A DNA stretch of 64,000 nt from Eledone cirrhosa (GCA_964016885.1 OZ024741.1:386818001-386882000), one strand, 5' to 3'. Positions 14,402-30,652 are shown, counted from the first letter of the stretch. Notes: generated by a model not told the origin, from the letters alone. A program made the numbers and translations.

Positions 14402-14435
<34 letters not shown>

Positions 14436-14515
14436 TTATATGTATATATATACACATGTATATATACATATATATTTACATATATATATATACATATATA
14501 TATACATATATATAT

Positions 14516-14550
<35 letters not shown>

Positions 14551-15301
14551 CACATATACATCATAATTAGTATTATTATCATTATTATTGTTATTATTAA
14601 TATTATTAATATCCACACTTATTTCTGAGGTTTATATCACACACAAAGGCACCTACACACACATGTGCATGCATTCTGGTATAAAACTGTATAAAACTAT
14701 ATAATTTATGTATGGGGGTAATTATTATTTTGTGTTTTGTTTTTCAGAAAACATTCTATATGAAATTTTATTTATTAAAGTTTGTTTTTGCCATGTTTTT
14801 TTTTTAATAAGGTTTTAAGGTTCGATATTGCTTGTCTAACGATATCAAACCTTTCATTCGATATATCACAATCATGAATAACATTTGATCCATACATACA
14901 TACATAAAACATTTTGCATCTAATAACTGCATATACACATGTACAGATACAAAGCATATACACATGCACACATACAACTCAAAACATCCACATCCACGCA
15001 TACAATAACATCCATATCTACACATGCATGCATACATACATATCTACCTAGTTGATGTTATGTAAATTCCAATGAGAGAGTCTTGTGTCTATGTTAGAAA
15101 CCGACTCTCTCTCTATTGGGAAAACTTTGTGAAATTATAAAACCAGAAGAACATACATACACACATACATACATACATGTATACATGCATAAATACATAC
15201 ATACATACATACATACATACATACATACATGCATACATACATACATGCATAAATCCATATATACATACATACATACATACATACATACATACATACATAC
15301 A

Positions 15302-15337
<36 letters not shown>

Positions 15338-16012
15338 TACATGCTTACATACATGCATACATAAATACATATATACATACATACATACATACATATATAC
15401 ATGCATAAATACATATATACATATATACATACATACATATATACATACATACATATATATACATGCATATATACATATGTACAAAAGCATTCAACGGCAG
15501 CACAGCAATACCAACAACAACAACAACATTATACCAAAGAAAAGAAGAAGAAGAAGAAGAAGAAGAAGAAGAAGAAGAAGAAGAAGAAGAAGAAAAAGAA
15601 TAAGAAGAATAAGAACAAGAACAAGAACAAGAACACCAGTACCAACAACAGCTACAACAAATGCCTGACTAGTGATATCTCATTTTTATTAATGTGATAT
15701 CAAAATAAAAAGGAAAAAATTGATGGTGTACATCATTTAATAACAACAACAATAACAACTACAACTACAACAACAAAAGTTGAAAGCACAAACCGATACA
15801 AACATTGTACATTATGTGTTATAACACTCTTCTAAGAAAGGTTGATATCTTTATGGAAGAAAGATACCGCATAGGAAGGGGAGGTAATTCGTTAAAATCC
15901 TTGAAAAACATGAATGAATTTTGGAATTTTAAATAGTTTGTTCATGTAATGTATGTATATATAGATATGTATGTATCTATCTTTCCCTCTCTCTCCTTCT
16001 ATATATATACAC

Positions 16013-16109
<97 letters not shown>

Positions 16110-16187
16110 GATGGATGGATAGATATATATACATTATATATATATATATACTCACACACATACGCACACACACACACACAAACACAT

Positions 16188-16262
<75 letters not shown>

Positions 16263-16290
16263 TATATATATATATATTTATATATATATA

Positions 16291-16363
<73 letters not shown>

Positions 16364-16709
16364 ATTTATATATATATATATATATGTGTGTACATATATG
16401 CATATATATATGTATATATATGTACATATACCCATGCTAGCGTGGAAAGTGGACGTTAAACGAAGATGATGATATATGCATATATATATATGTGTGTGTG
16501 TGTGTGTGTAATACCTGTGTATACACCTGCATATATATTCCTATAATTTATACCTTTTTTTACTCCACGACACTGTGTGTTGATAGCATGTGTTAAGCCT
16601 AGTAGATAAGAACTTACTTAAACATGTTGCTTCATTCTTGTCATAATGTACTCTGTGAATGTACACATATGTGTACATGTGCATGAAGATGTACACATGT
16701 ATATATACA

Positions 16710-16760
<51 letters not shown>

Positions 16761-16829
16761 ACATATATATGCATACTCCTATTTATGTATGTATGCATGT
16801 ATATATGTATGTATGTACATATGTATATA

Positions 16830-16900
<71 letters not shown>

Positions 16901-17596
16901 ATATATGTATATGTATATATTGGTATAGCTAGACAAATATAGATATACATATATACATAATCATGCATACACTTACAGACAGAAACGCACACAAATATAT
17001 ATACATACACGCACACTCACATAAACACACACTCACATCCTACAAATAACATTAAAACCAAACATTTGATATCAAGATGCATTTGAGTTTCATGAATTTT
17101 TTTAAGATAATTTGATTTCAAACAAATATGAATAAAAGCTAAACATCAAACAATTGCATCAAACATCACACATCAAACACTTAATACATACAAACATAAA
17201 GAAAAGAAATGTTATGAAAAAATGTTCTTGAAAAAAATCAAGACACCAGAAAGTCATACATCTGGTAGTCTTCCAAAAAAAAAAAAATTTAAATTAATTC
17301 AATGAAATTTTAAAAGAAAAGAAGAATATAGAAAAATCGACAAGAAGTCGTGCAGTAAATAAACAAAGGCTGACAATTGGTTGGTTTTTTTTTCAATTTT
17401 TTTTTTTTTCATGTTAGCTTTGGCAAGCAAGATTCTATACATGATCGTCTCATTTTATCATTTTTGTGCCCTAAACTCATATTCAATTTTAAAAACTCAA
17501 ATTTTAACAAAACAAGATTCCAAGAGTTTCTCGTTTATTATAGTTGAATAGAAAGAAGTAAAAAATTTCATTCAACTTTGTCTCTCTGTATCCCTC

Positions 17597-17701
<105 letters not shown>

Positions 17702-17904
17702 ACTCTCCTGTTCTCTCAAACTGACAAATATGTTTTTATTTGTTTATGGTTACCACAAAGAATAAACCAAAGAAAAACCATGTTTTTCTTTGTTTCTTTT
17801 TTATTTTTTTGTACACATTTTTATCCATGCTGGATTGGGAGAAAAGATAGAGAAAGGGACATTGAGAGTGACAAAGAAAGAATGAGAGGTGCCACTTTGG
17901 TGTG

Positions 17905-18225
17905 TGGTCTACCTGGCCATTTACAGTTTAATGTGTGATCTACCTAATTATTTACAGTGCAATATGCAATCTATCTGGCCATTTACAGTTTAGTGTGTGA
18001 TCTACCTGGTCATTTACAGTTTAATGTGCAGTTTACCTGGTCATTTACAGTTTAATGTGCAGTCTACCTGACCATTTACAGTCCAATGTGCAGTCTACCT
18101 GACCATTTACAGTCCAATGTGCAGTCTACCTGGCCATTTACAGTCCAATGTGCAGTCTACCTGGCCATTTACAGTTTAGTGTGTGATCTACCTGGTCATT
18201 TATATTTTGGCATGTGGTTTACCTC
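17905..18225. repeat. 31-bp minisatellite, about 10 copies
   Basis: Unit approximately TCTACCTGGCCATTTACAGTYYAATGTGCAG. Confidence 0.9.
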
Positions 18226-18889
18226 AACTTCAAAAACTAATCCTAACCCTAACCCAGTAAACAGGTGAAGTCAAGTTAGGTCATTACACAGCAGAAACTA
18301 CAAATACCAAGGTAGTACACACCATAACGTAGCACCCAAACAGATTTTCTTTCTTTCTTTCCATTTTGCTTCAATTTGTTTTCTCAACATTTTTTTTTTT
18401 ACATCATTTACATGTAATGTTTGTTGTTGTTGTTGTTATTGCAGTGAGGTGGGTGGATGCTGTTTTTTATAGATGTTTTTTTTTCCTAAAATTTTTTTCT
18501 AATGACATTTAAAGAAGAAACCTTTACCATCACCACTACCACCATCACCACTACCACAAACAACAAAAGAAACTTAAAATGATTTTGAAAAAATTAATTT
18601 TTATTTAATTTTTTTTTTTTTCAAAATCACATAATTCATTAATATTGATATTTAGCATGAGTATCAATTACACCTATTTCTATTATTGATATTATGATGA
18701 TATAATATAAATGATTATAATAATAATAATAATATTTATTATTATTATTGTTATTATTATTATTATTATCATCATCATTATCATCATTATCATCATTATC
18801 ATCATCATCATAATCATCATTTTTATTTTTATTGTTATTATTATATAAATTATATGAAATCCTACTGAACATTTTTATATGTGATATAC

Positions 18890-19451
<562 letters not shown>

Positions 19452-19803
19452 TATGCGTATACACACACATATGCATATTTCAATGGATAACATTTTTTTC
19501 TATTTAGTTTTTTTTAAATGTCAGTCAGTCATACAACTGACAATATAACATTTGTTTGTATCAACAATATCAAAAGACTATTCAGTGGGCAATATTGATA
19601 CATAAAGAAGGCATCACAGGGAAAGGGGGATGGGGGACCATTTTGTTACACAGTTATATTATGAGGGAGTGGAGATCCATCTCTTTGATTTTTTTTTTTT
19701 TTATTATATCATTATTTTTATTATTCATGTTTTGTTGTTTTTTTTTTTATTTATTAATTAATTTATTTATTTCATTAATTAATCATATATATATACATAT
19801 ATA

Positions 19804-20135
19804 CAGTAGTCGCCCAGTATTTGCCGGGGTTACATTCCTAGCACACCCGTGATGAGTGAAAGACTGCGAATATTGAACGTGGTCCATGGCCTACAGACGT
19901 CGAAATATAACACAACCTACAATAGACCAGCAATTACGATATATTGTTAGTAATAATTTAGCATTAAAAAAATATATATTGCCACGAAAAAAGCCATTAA
20001 AAAATCGCGGAAGATATTTACAATTCCACAAATATGCGGTGGTTCCCACGAACAATTATTAGTTAGGTTCTGAGGAACATTCCGTGAATAACCGGGACCA
20101 TGAATGTCAGGACTGCAAATGCCAGGGGTACACTG
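19804..20135. mobile_element. Tc1/mariner (Tigger/pogo-like) MITE
   Basis: TA-CAGTAGTCGCCC... / ...GGGGTACACTG-TA: degenerate TIRs with a TA target duplication. Confidence 0.65.
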
Positions 20136-20517
20136 TATATAAAATTGTCTTTTTTAATCATATTTTTGTTCTGCAAATGCCGAATCCTCTTCAGTATATT
20201 GGCAGTTTTATATTAAATCACAGACAGAAGAAACATGACAGGGACTGGGGGAAATATAATGATTGTAATGTTTTATAAAATAAGAAATAATGATGATAAA
20301 TTGAAAGGATGAAGATGATAATGATGATTATGATGATTATGATGATTATGATGATTATGAGGAGGAGGAGGAGGAGGAGGAGGTGGAGGAGGGGATGATG
20401 ACAGCAATGATGAATCAATACTAATGATTATGATTTTTTTTAAATAATAATAATAATGATGATAATAATAATAACAATAATAATATAATACAAAAAAACA
20501 ATTATAACGATATTGAA

Positions 20518-20562
<45 letters not shown>

Positions 20563-20692
20563 AGGATGACGATAATGACAATGGTGGAATAAAATGAAAC
20601 AGCAGCTCCGGAGCAATGTTGTCAGAGAACAATGTAATGTGGATAATTTTATATAAGTTAATATATATATATAAGTATATATATATATATAA

Positions 20693-20767
<75 letters not shown>

Positions 20768-20794
20768 CATATACATATATATATATATATATAT

Positions 20795-21032
20795 AAATAT
20801 TTATTAAAATAACAGATTAAAGTTTAAGCAAAGAATCGCTGCTTTCACCCTTAACGGGATCTTCTGAAACTCAGAAGATCCCGTTAAGGGCGAAAGCAGC
20901 AATTCTTTGCTTAAACCTTAATCTGTTATTTTAATAAATATTTGCTCTAGGGTTCTTATATATTTGATATATATTTATCCTTATCGAGCCCTCTTTGGAT
21001 TTTAGTCTTCAAATTTATTATTATTACTATAT
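20795..21032 (+). mobile_element. Fold-back element family H1, copy 2
   Basis: Palindrome 20795-20867/20871-20943, loop AAC, same tail as copy 1. Confidence 0.85.
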
Positions 21033-21139
21033 ATTATATATTATTGACAATGCTTAAGAATTTTTATTATTACAAATCATCATTATCATCACCATTATTG
21101 TTAATATTATTATCATTATTATTATCATTATTATTATTA

Positions 21140-21547
21140 GGTGGATTGGCAGAATCGGTAGAGGGTTGAACGCCATGCTTTCCAGCATAGTTACGTCCCT
21201 TTACGATCTGAGTTCAAATCCCGCCGAGGTTAACTTTACCTTTCATCCTTACGGGGTCGATAAAATAAAGTACCAGTAATGTACTGGGTGATTGCTGGCC
21301 TTGTGCCAAAAGTAGAAACAATTATTATTATAAAGGGCAGTGGATTGGCAGTATCGGTAGAGCGTCGAACAATATGCTTTATGGCATAGAGTTACACCCC
21401 TTTACGGTCTAATTTCAAATCCCTCCAAGGTTAGCTTTGCCTTTCATCCTTGCGGGTCGAAAAAATAAAGTACCAGTAACACACTGGGGTCGATTTAATC
21501 AACTTTCCCCTCCCCTTCAAATTGCTGGCCTTGTGCCTAAAGTAGAA

Positions 21548-21550
<3 letters not shown>
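21140..21550 (+). mobile_element. Two tandem SINE family B copies
   Basis: GTGGATTGGCAG..TCGGTAGAG..TTCAAATCCC..CTGGCCTTGTGCC occurs twice, with (ATT)n tails. Confidence 0.85.
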
Positions 21551-21585
<35 letters not shown>

Positions 21586-21764
21586 TATTACTATTGTTGA
21601 TTTAGTACTATTCTGATATATCATTATCATTATTAGTATCATATCTTAGGTGGATTTAGTTTTCAATTTTTTTCAATTTTATTTTTATCATCTTGTCACA
21701 ATTAATATTTGCATGACCCCTTAATTTAATATATATATACATATATATGTACATATATATATAA

Positions 21765-21894
<130 letters not shown>

Positions 21895-21907
21895 CATTAT
21901 ATTATTA

Positions 21908-22327
21908 TATTATTTATTCATGTTCATACATGGAGCAAAAGTGCTTCCCAAAGTTTCAAGGTCCAAATTTGACCATACCTCCAGAATACAAATGGCATCA
22001 AAATAGTGACCTTTCTTCAGGTGCTAATATAAAGTTATAAGATACCATTAAAAGTAAATTTTGGTAAGAACACATGTTGACGTTATCTTTCGTAAACATG
22101 CGTTCTTAGCTAAATTTACTTTTAATGGTATCTTATAAATTTGTATTAGCGCCTGAGGAACGGTCACTATTTTGATGCCATTTGTATTCTGGGGGTATGG
22201 TCAAATTTGGACCTTGAAACTTTGGGTAGCACTTTTGTTCCAACATAAATAAATAATAATATATTTCTGCTCTCTTAACTAATTAAGCAGTTTTCCTTTT
22301 TCCTTTTCACATCTCCTGATATTGCTA
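21908..22327 (+). mobile_element. Fold-back PLE-derived insertion with HHR
   Basis: Imperfect arms 21931-22082/22091-22242 (extending to about 21908/22260), 8-nt loop, unique tail to about 22327. Confidence 0.8.
22148..22233 (+). ncRNA. Type I hammerhead ribozyme with long stem II (predicted)
   Basis: AGCGC-CTGAGGA(22153-59)-ACGGTC..TTTGA.CCAT..ATGG.TCAAA..GACCTT-GAAAC-TTTGG-GTA(22226-28)-GCACT; one mismatch each in stems I and II. Confidence 0.6.
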
Positions 22328-22341
22328 CACACACACACACA

Positions 22342-22429
<88 letters not shown>

Positions 22430-22433
<4 letters not shown>

Positions 22434-22540
22434 GTTGGATTCAGTTTGAAACTAGTTAAACCATTACTCACCAGAGTACTCGATACTTGGGGTAATAGAG
22501 TATGGTTATATTGTAAAAAGTTGGGTCCTGACTTTTTATA
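22430..22540 (-). mobile_element. pLTR-like tail fragment in (TA)n
   Basis: Minus strand ACTCTATTACCCCAAGTATCGAGTACTCTGGTG nearly matches 55318-55350. Confidence 0.55.
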
Positions 22541-22559
22541 GTATATATATATATATATA

Positions 22560-22596
<37 letters not shown>

Positions 22597-22655
22597 CATA
22601 TATATATATATATATACATACATATATATATACATATATATACACACATATATAT

Positions 22656-22795
<140 letters not shown>

Positions 22796-23065
22796 ATATA
22801 TGTGTGTATATATTTATTTATTTATTTATTTATTTATTTATATATATATATAGCATGTATTAATATATATATAAATGCATGTCACTCTTTGTATATTGAT
22901 ATATGTATGATGAAACATGTAAAGATCGTTTATAAACAGCTATTGATGTATAACATAATCTTCTGTGAGGGAATCTGATGAACTTTGTGAGACTTGTCTC
23001 TAAATAAAGAGATGGGGTAGATGAAGGCAAATAGGAAGGAGGGGTGGGGAGGAGGAGGAGGAGGA

Positions 23066-23176
23066 GAAGAAGAAGAAGAAGAAGAAGAAGAAGAAGAAGA
23101 AGAAGAAGAAGAAGAAGAAGAAGAAGAAGAAGAAGAAGAAGAAGAAGAAGAAGAAGAAGAAGAAGAAGAAGAAGAA
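23066..23176. repeat. (GAA)n microsatellite
   Basis: Direct reading. Confidence 0.95.
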
Positions 23177-23631
23177 AGTTATTTCAATGAGATTGTTTGT
23201 TCGTAGGTTAGATGTATTTTATTTAAAAGAAGCTGAGTGGGTATAATGTAGTTTGAATCCTTCCATTGAGGCCCATATATTTCATGCCACATGACACACA
23301 GAAACAGTTTATATAGAGGGGATGGTTGAAGTGGGGAGGGCTGTTTTACTTCAGTGGGAGTGGTTTTGATGGTGATGATAAGGGGTTGGGTTGACATGAT
23401 CAGTGTGTCTGTTATGGAATTTAGGGTCTTCGTCAGAATGTAAGAAAAGTTTGTTTGGTTTGGTGAGGTTTGGTGTGACTTGGTGTGGTTTTGTGTGGTT
23501 TTGTGTGGTTTGGTGAGGTTTTGTGTGGTTTTGGTGTGGTTTTGGTTGGTTATTATCATTATAATAGGGGTGAATTTCATTTTTATCTATTGTCCTTCAT
23601 TTTGTAGAATGTGTGTGTGTATATATACGTC

Positions 23632-23676
<45 letters not shown>

Positions 23677-24104
23677 TATATATACTATATGAGCGAAACA
23701 TGGTCACCCGACCCAACTTACCTCTAAATGGGGCAAACCCGTCTAACCCATGCTAGCGTAGAAGATAGACATTAATCAATGATGATGATGATGATTATAT
23801 ATATATATATATATATGAAATATATATATATGTAATATATATGTATATATATATATATATCGAGAGAGAGAGACATATATATATACACACATATGTATAT
23901 GTACACATATATATATATACACACATATGTATATGTACACATATATATATATACACACATATGTATATGTACACATATATATATATACACACATATGTAT
24001 ATGTACATATATATATCACTGCTATTTTATAAATAAAATGCCAACTCTTCACAAGACCAAGTGTCGGTGAGTCAGACAACTGTCAGAACATCTATTACTT
24101 TGAC

Positions 24105-24540
24105 AGAATTATGTGTCAGACAAATACTTTGTGCTATTTGTTTTTGGTGCTTTACATTCTGGTTTCAAATCTCATTAAGGTGAAATCTGTCTTTCATCTT
24201 TCCAGTCGTCATAAAATATAGTACCATTTGAAAACCTACTAGATTGATTTAATCAACTTTCCCCCCAAAAATAGTGGGCCTTGTGCCCATATTAGAAACT
24301 ATTGTTATTAATATTATTATCATCAGGGCAGTGGATTGACAATACCAGTAGAGCATCGGACATTATGCTTTGTGGCATATAGTTATTTCCCTTTACATTC
24401 TGAGTTAAAATCCCATCAAGCTTAGCTTTGCCTTTCATCCTTATGGGGTCAATACAATAAAGTAGCAGTAATGAACTGGGGTTGATTTAATCAACTTTCT
24501 CCTCCTCCAAAATTGTTGACCTTGTGCCTAAATCAGAAAT
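24105..24540 (+). mobile_element. Two tandem SINE family B copies
   Basis: Same motifs as 21140-21550. Confidence 0.75.
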
Positions 24541-24960
24541 CATTATCAATATTATCATCATCATCATCATCATTATCATCCTTATTATTATTATTGTCAT
24601 AATTTTGTGTTATTTTTTTTAAAACTTTTGTTGCTCATGTTTTCTTCATTTCTTAGTGCGTGTCTCTTTTAACTAATAAATTATTAGTATGTACCAATAA
24701 TGGACCAATGTCCTTAGGTGTCACAATAATGTTGTGAGTGGGATTGATTACTTCTATATTTATTAGCTGTATCTGGGGGACTCTGCAATGTTGGTTCCAC
24801 CAGTACTTTCTGTATTCTATTAGTTGTATCCACATAGATAGTCTTCTGTATGCTGTGTACTTTGAGGAACCCTACAAGTTTGGCTCCATCAGTATTTATG
24901 CATTTTATTGTGTACTCTGGATAACTAGCACTTTTATATTATATTAACTGTTTCTGTTAG

Positions 24961-25240
24961 TGGAGGCACATGGCCCAGTGTTGTACTTACAATCATAATG
25001 TTGTGGGTTTGATTCCTGGACTGGGTTGTGTGTTGTGTTCTTGAGCAAAACACTTCATTTCATGTTGTTCCAGTATATTCAGCTGAAAATGAGTACCAGC
25101 AGTAGCTGCTGGTTTAACCCTGTGATGAACTGATGCTCTATCCAGGGAAGGAGTCTTGTATTCTCTGACACCTAATGCTACAGAAACTAGGATAAGCACT
25201 GGCCTGATAAGCCTTCAGGCTTGAGACACTTTAGACTTTA
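24961..25240 (+). mobile_element. SINE family A (tRNA head)
   Basis: GGAGGCACATGGCCCAGTG..GGTTTGATTCC..AACCCTGTGATG..GAGACACTTTAGACT; apparently inserted in the R4-like LINE. Confidence 0.8.
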
Positions 25241-25249
25241 AGTTACTAT

Positions 25250-26500
25250 TACATCGGGTAATAAAAACTTCAGGATTGTCTCAGATAAACCAGCATCCAT
25301 TGTAACTGATTTTCCAAATCTGTTGCTACAGTAAAGTGTAGAAATCAAAAGAGTAAGTACCCACAATCGTTAAGCACAATTACCAATGCTTCTCTGGCTA
25401 CATCAGTACTTTAAAAACATCCTTTATTTTCAGCTTCAAGTCCTGTGCTTCTTAGCAAGTATTGTGATTTTTCTTTATATATTTTCACCTTGTTCATTTT
25501 TTTTTTACATGTTTTGGCTAATCTGGGGCTTTCCTTGTCATCCCTTTAACATGAGATTCTATAATCTCATTTTTAGTTTAGTTTAAAATCTTTTTACTAT
25601 TTCTGTCTTTTCAGTTTATATTTGTTTACATCCTTGAAGATAAAAAACAGATTTTTTTAAGTTCATATTCTATAGCTATTTGTATTAGTCTCTAGTATTC
25701 TTGTAGCATTTCAGTAGGTATTTCTAATAGTTTTCTTGTTGCATAAGTCCTCAACATCAATGTATTTCCAGAAAATATAATCTTTCTATTTCATTTTGTC
25801 TAAATGTAGTTATAAATTTTCTTGTTTTTATATCTAGTTTGCCTAGTTCACTTCATGTCCAATTAAAAATAATGTATTACTAGGACAGCTAAATTATTGA
25901 AGCCTATTACTTTAATTTACTTAACATTGTTTTATGTATTAATCTAATGCATTTTTAATATTCCATCCTAATCTTTTCTTTCATTTATGTGAGTTGTACA
26001 GTCTAGTTCATTTGTTGTAATTACCTTATCTCTGCTTCTTTACCCAATATGATATTAGTGTTCTTAATTAACTTTGCTCTCTTCAAGGTTGGCACATTTT
26101 TCTAATCCGAATCCCATACCAATTTCTCTTGTAAATCCATATATTGTCTGCAACAGTGTTTCTAGCTTTTATCAACTGCAGCATTCAATGTGAGGTTGTC
26201 CATGTACAAGAGACAGTTGATTGACTTACCATAGCATTTGTACACTAGTCTAGTTCAACATGCTGGTTAATGGTGTTAGTGCTAAGTTGAAAAGTAATGG
26301 AGAAAGAAAGACCACTATAAATATTCCTCTTCTAATGGAGATGGAGTTAGAATTTTTTATAATTCCCTATTTTGTTAGTATCTGAAGAACTGTTTCCCAT
26401 TTATTCATTACATGTTTATTTGATCTGCTTGCAATTGGTGCTACCTTATCATGGGCAATGTTTCCAGAATCCATGTGTGGGGATCACTGTCAAAAGCCTT
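25250..26500 (-). pseudogene. R4/Dong-like non-LTR reverse transcriptase fragment
   Basis: Hand translation KKAFDSDPHTWILETL..MNKWETVL..IRRGIF..LSPLLFNLALTPL..LLYMDNL..IGMGFGLEKCA; 5' end abuts (GAA)n. Confidence 0.8.
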
Positions 26501-27073
26501 CTTCTTCTTCTTCTTCTTCTTCTTCTTCTTCTTCTTCTTCTTCTTCTTCCCCATCCTCTCAACTTAATTGCCTTACACTATGTAATTTTTTTCCACACAG
26601 TGTTCTGAGTTCTAATCCTGCCAGGTCTACTTTGCTTTTCATCTCTACTGAGTTAAAGGAATCAGTACCAGTCATGGATTGGGACTCAATTCAATTACAT
26701 ATCCCCCACCCCCATGTCTCTTATGAGTTTGTGATATTGTGCCAATCTAAGAGCACCATTATTATTACTGTAGAGCAGTAGATTTGGTGCTAAAATTAGC
26801 GAGACATACTGAGAGATTTATACCATTACATGTTCACTGTTGTTCTGGGTTCAAATACCAGTGGGATCTTAGGGTTTAGATTTTTTTGGTTCTGGGATAT
26901 TCAAGAGAAATTAATACCAGTAATACACTGAGGGAAATCATTCAACAGACTACAACATCTACTACTACAGAATGGTCAAAAGTCAAATATACATATGCAT
27001 ATGTGATCATGCATGTGTATACACACACACACACACACATACAAACACACACACACACACACACACACTCACT

Positions 27074-27180
<107 letters not shown>

Positions 27181-27335
27181 GTGTGTGTGTGTAAAAGCTA
27201 AACAGAAATAACAACACAATCAGTACAGTATATGGAAGGGATATATTAGGTTAACGCTTGATATAGCAGGAAGAGGGATATATATATATATATCATTAAA
27301 AGATTAGAGGTTATAATCAGTTGATTTAAAACTTC

Positions 27336-27392
27336 GTCATACATATTTCACTGGGGACTATCAGTTATGATAGCCTGAGCTCTTCAGATGTG
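27336..27392 (-). ncRNA. HHR-like relic
   Basis: Minus strand: CTGAAGA-GCT..GGCTATCA-TAAC-TGATAGTC..AGT-GAAATATGTA; stems I and III imperfect. Confidence 0.4.
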
Positions 27393-27967
27393 AAAAACTA
27401 AAAAAACTTGAAAATATTGGGAGTTCCTTAAAAATAAATCTTTAAATTCAAAAAAATCCAAAGTCATCCGTGAAAAAATTTTCTTTACATAATAGAGGGG
27501 GGACAGATGTATGTGTGGCGTTGTTTCTTCAATGGCCGGCCTGTATGACCCTAAGAATTATGGTAGAAGAGCTGGTCAGTCACAATCTCACATGACTATC
27601 ACCAGAATTTTAGAGTAGCGAGTCATCATTGTTGTAATGAAATCAGCTAGTAGCCTGTTCCCTCTCCTCCCTGGCAGTCAGTAGTTCTTACAACAGTAGT
27701 TATAGTCGTCCCAACACAACTTTATCTGCAGATCTGCAACAACTATGAATATTATAACTGATACCAAGAAGTAGATATATAATAAATAAATTAAAAAGAA
27801 TAGTTAAATTAAAAGCAATAAATATGTGTGAAAGATATAATTTTAATGAAAAAATAGATACCTGTATATCTTAACTATAAATCAGAGTATATAACATAGT
27901 TGTGATATAGTTATAGTTTAATTGGTTTGCTGGAAGCATCATAGCCCTTCTCCTTGCTAGTTCCCTG

Positions 27968-28022
<55 letters not shown>

Positions 28023-28215
28023 TATATACATACATATATTCATTCTGTTCAAATTTACCATATATTGAATGCGTGTATATGTGCCAGTGTGTATAGTGTG
28101 TGTGTATGAGTGTGTGTGTGTGAGTGTTTGTGCATGTGAGTGGGTATGTGTGTGTATTTCAAGAGGTTCAATGAGATGTCATCAGTTCGTCATACAACTG
28201 AAGATATCCAATGAT

Positions 28216-29523
28216 GCACACTTACATGCACACACATATACACACGCATGCACACACATATACACACGCATGCACACACATATACACACGCATGCACACA
28301 CATATACACACTTACATGCACACACATATACACACGCATGCACACACATATACACACTTACATGCACACACATATACACACGCATGCACACACATATACA
28401 CACTTACATGCACACACATATACACACGCATGCACACACATATACACACGCATGCACACACATATACACACTTACATGCACACACATATACACACGCATG
28501 CACACACATATACACACGCATGCACACACATATACACACTTACATGCACACACATATACACACTTACATGCACACACATATACACACGCATGCACACACA
28601 TATACACACTTACATGCACACACATATACACACGCATGCACACACATATACACACGCATGCACACACATATACACACTTACATGCACACACATATACACA
28701 CGCATGCACACACATATACACACTTACATGCACACACATATACACACTTACATGCACACACATATACACACGCATGCACACACATATACACACTTACATG
28801 CACACACATATACACACGCATGCACACACATATACACACTTACATGCACACACATATACACACGCATGCACACACATATACACACTTACATGCACACACA
28901 TATACACACGCATGCACACACATATACACACGCATGCACACACATAAACACACTTACATGCACACACATATACACACTTACATGCACACACATATACACA
29001 CGCATGCACACACATATACACACTTACATGCACACACATATACACACTTACATGCACACACATATACACACGCATGCACACACATATACACACTTACATG
29101 CACACACATATACACACGCATGCACACACATATACACACTTACATGCACACACATATACACACTTACATGCACACACATATACACACGCATGCACACACA
29201 TATACACACTTACATGCACACACATATACACACTTACATGCACACACATATACACACGCATGCACACACATATACACACTTACATGCACACACATATACA
29301 CACGCATGCACACACATATACACACTTACATGCACACACATATACACACTTACATGCACACACATATACACACGCATGCACACACATATACACACTTACA
29401 TGCACACACATATACACACTTACATGCACACACATATACACACGCATGCACACACATATACACACTTACATGCACACACATATACACACGCATGCACACA
29501 CATATACACACGCATGCACACAC
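28216..29523. repeat. Binary minisatellite of 22-bp (A) and 24-bp (B) units
   Basis: A=CACACACATATACACACGCATG, B=CACACACATATACACACTTACATG; about 56 units. Confidence 0.95.
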
Positions 29524-29844
29524 AAATAGCTCTTGTAAATTTATTTGTGTAGACAGAAACTGTGTGGAAGACCTCCAGTTGTATTGTAGGTGTAATTGAA
29601 AGGGTTACCCAGCCCAGATCTTCCTGGGGATGATGATGGTGATGATGGTGATGATGTGAAATACCAGTCAAATGCAAGATACTTTATACCCATCGCACAC
29701 AGACATGTTGAGAAATTTTAATTCAAGTCCTCAGCAAGGAAGCTTGGTGGGGTTGCCAGATGACCTGACCATGTACAGGTTGTACTGGTTTATACGTTAC
29801 CAGTAGCACTGAAGAGCAACCTGACATACATACATATATTCATC

Positions 29845-30060
29845 ATGATGGCTGCCCCCTCGTTATCGAGTATGGCCATTGCACGATATACCATTATTAA
29901 TAATTATTAATTAATTCTATCATGCAATGCCTGTGCGTGAAGATATTTTTTAAAGTGAGGAAATACTATGCACTGAGCCAATCCCACTCTCTGAGCGACA
30001 GTAGCTATAACCCGAAAAGAAGAAAAGATCAACATCATCGGTAACTACTGAGCCACAGGT

Positions 30061-30063
<3 letters not shown>
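29845..30063 (-). mobile_element. Short non-autonomous retroelement, copy 2 (5'-truncated)
   Basis: Near-identical to 8273-8495. Confidence 0.7.
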
Positions 30064-30092
<29 letters not shown>

Positions 30093-30475
30093 CATACATA
30101 CATACATACATACATACATACATACATACATACAATATAAAGGATTATTTACGACCACTACTAAACACATGACCAACACACCACTAGTATGTCGATTGTT
30201 ATTCTAAAGATGGAACTCTGAAGGTTTCAGATGTTAATACACACAGGTGGATTTAGGAATGCTACTGTTCCAAACTAAATATAAAGAACTAATAGAGAAA
30301 TATTAAAAAATCCTTCATAAAATCCTGATCAAACTGGAGCATAGCCATGTTTTCAATATTACATGTTTGATAAAAAGCTGTACTTTGCTTGTACAAATAT
30401 ATATAATTAGAATTTAGCTTTATTGAACGTACCAAATATCTTTAGATATACAAAATTCATATATACGTATATATA

Positions 30476-30652
30476 TAGTAATAATAATAAATGTGAAAAC
30501 TAAAATCCAAAGCGGGCTCGATAAGGATAAATATATTTCGAAATATTTACTTCTGCATTCACAGATTGATTTTTTTAGTTTCAGAAGATCCCATTAAGGG
30601 TGAAAGCAGCAATTCTTTGCTTAAACTTTAATCTGTTATTTTAATAAATATA
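30476..30652 (-). mobile_element. Family H1, copy 3 (one arm deleted)
   Basis: Tail 30476-30545 and arm AGTTTCAGAAGATCCCATTAAGGGTGAAAGC retain the junction sequence. Confidence 0.75.

Noticed and set aside
28069-29599. His/Thr-rich ORFs of 290-460 aa
   Set aside because: Stop-free minisatellite with a 22-bp unit that shifts frame; not coding.
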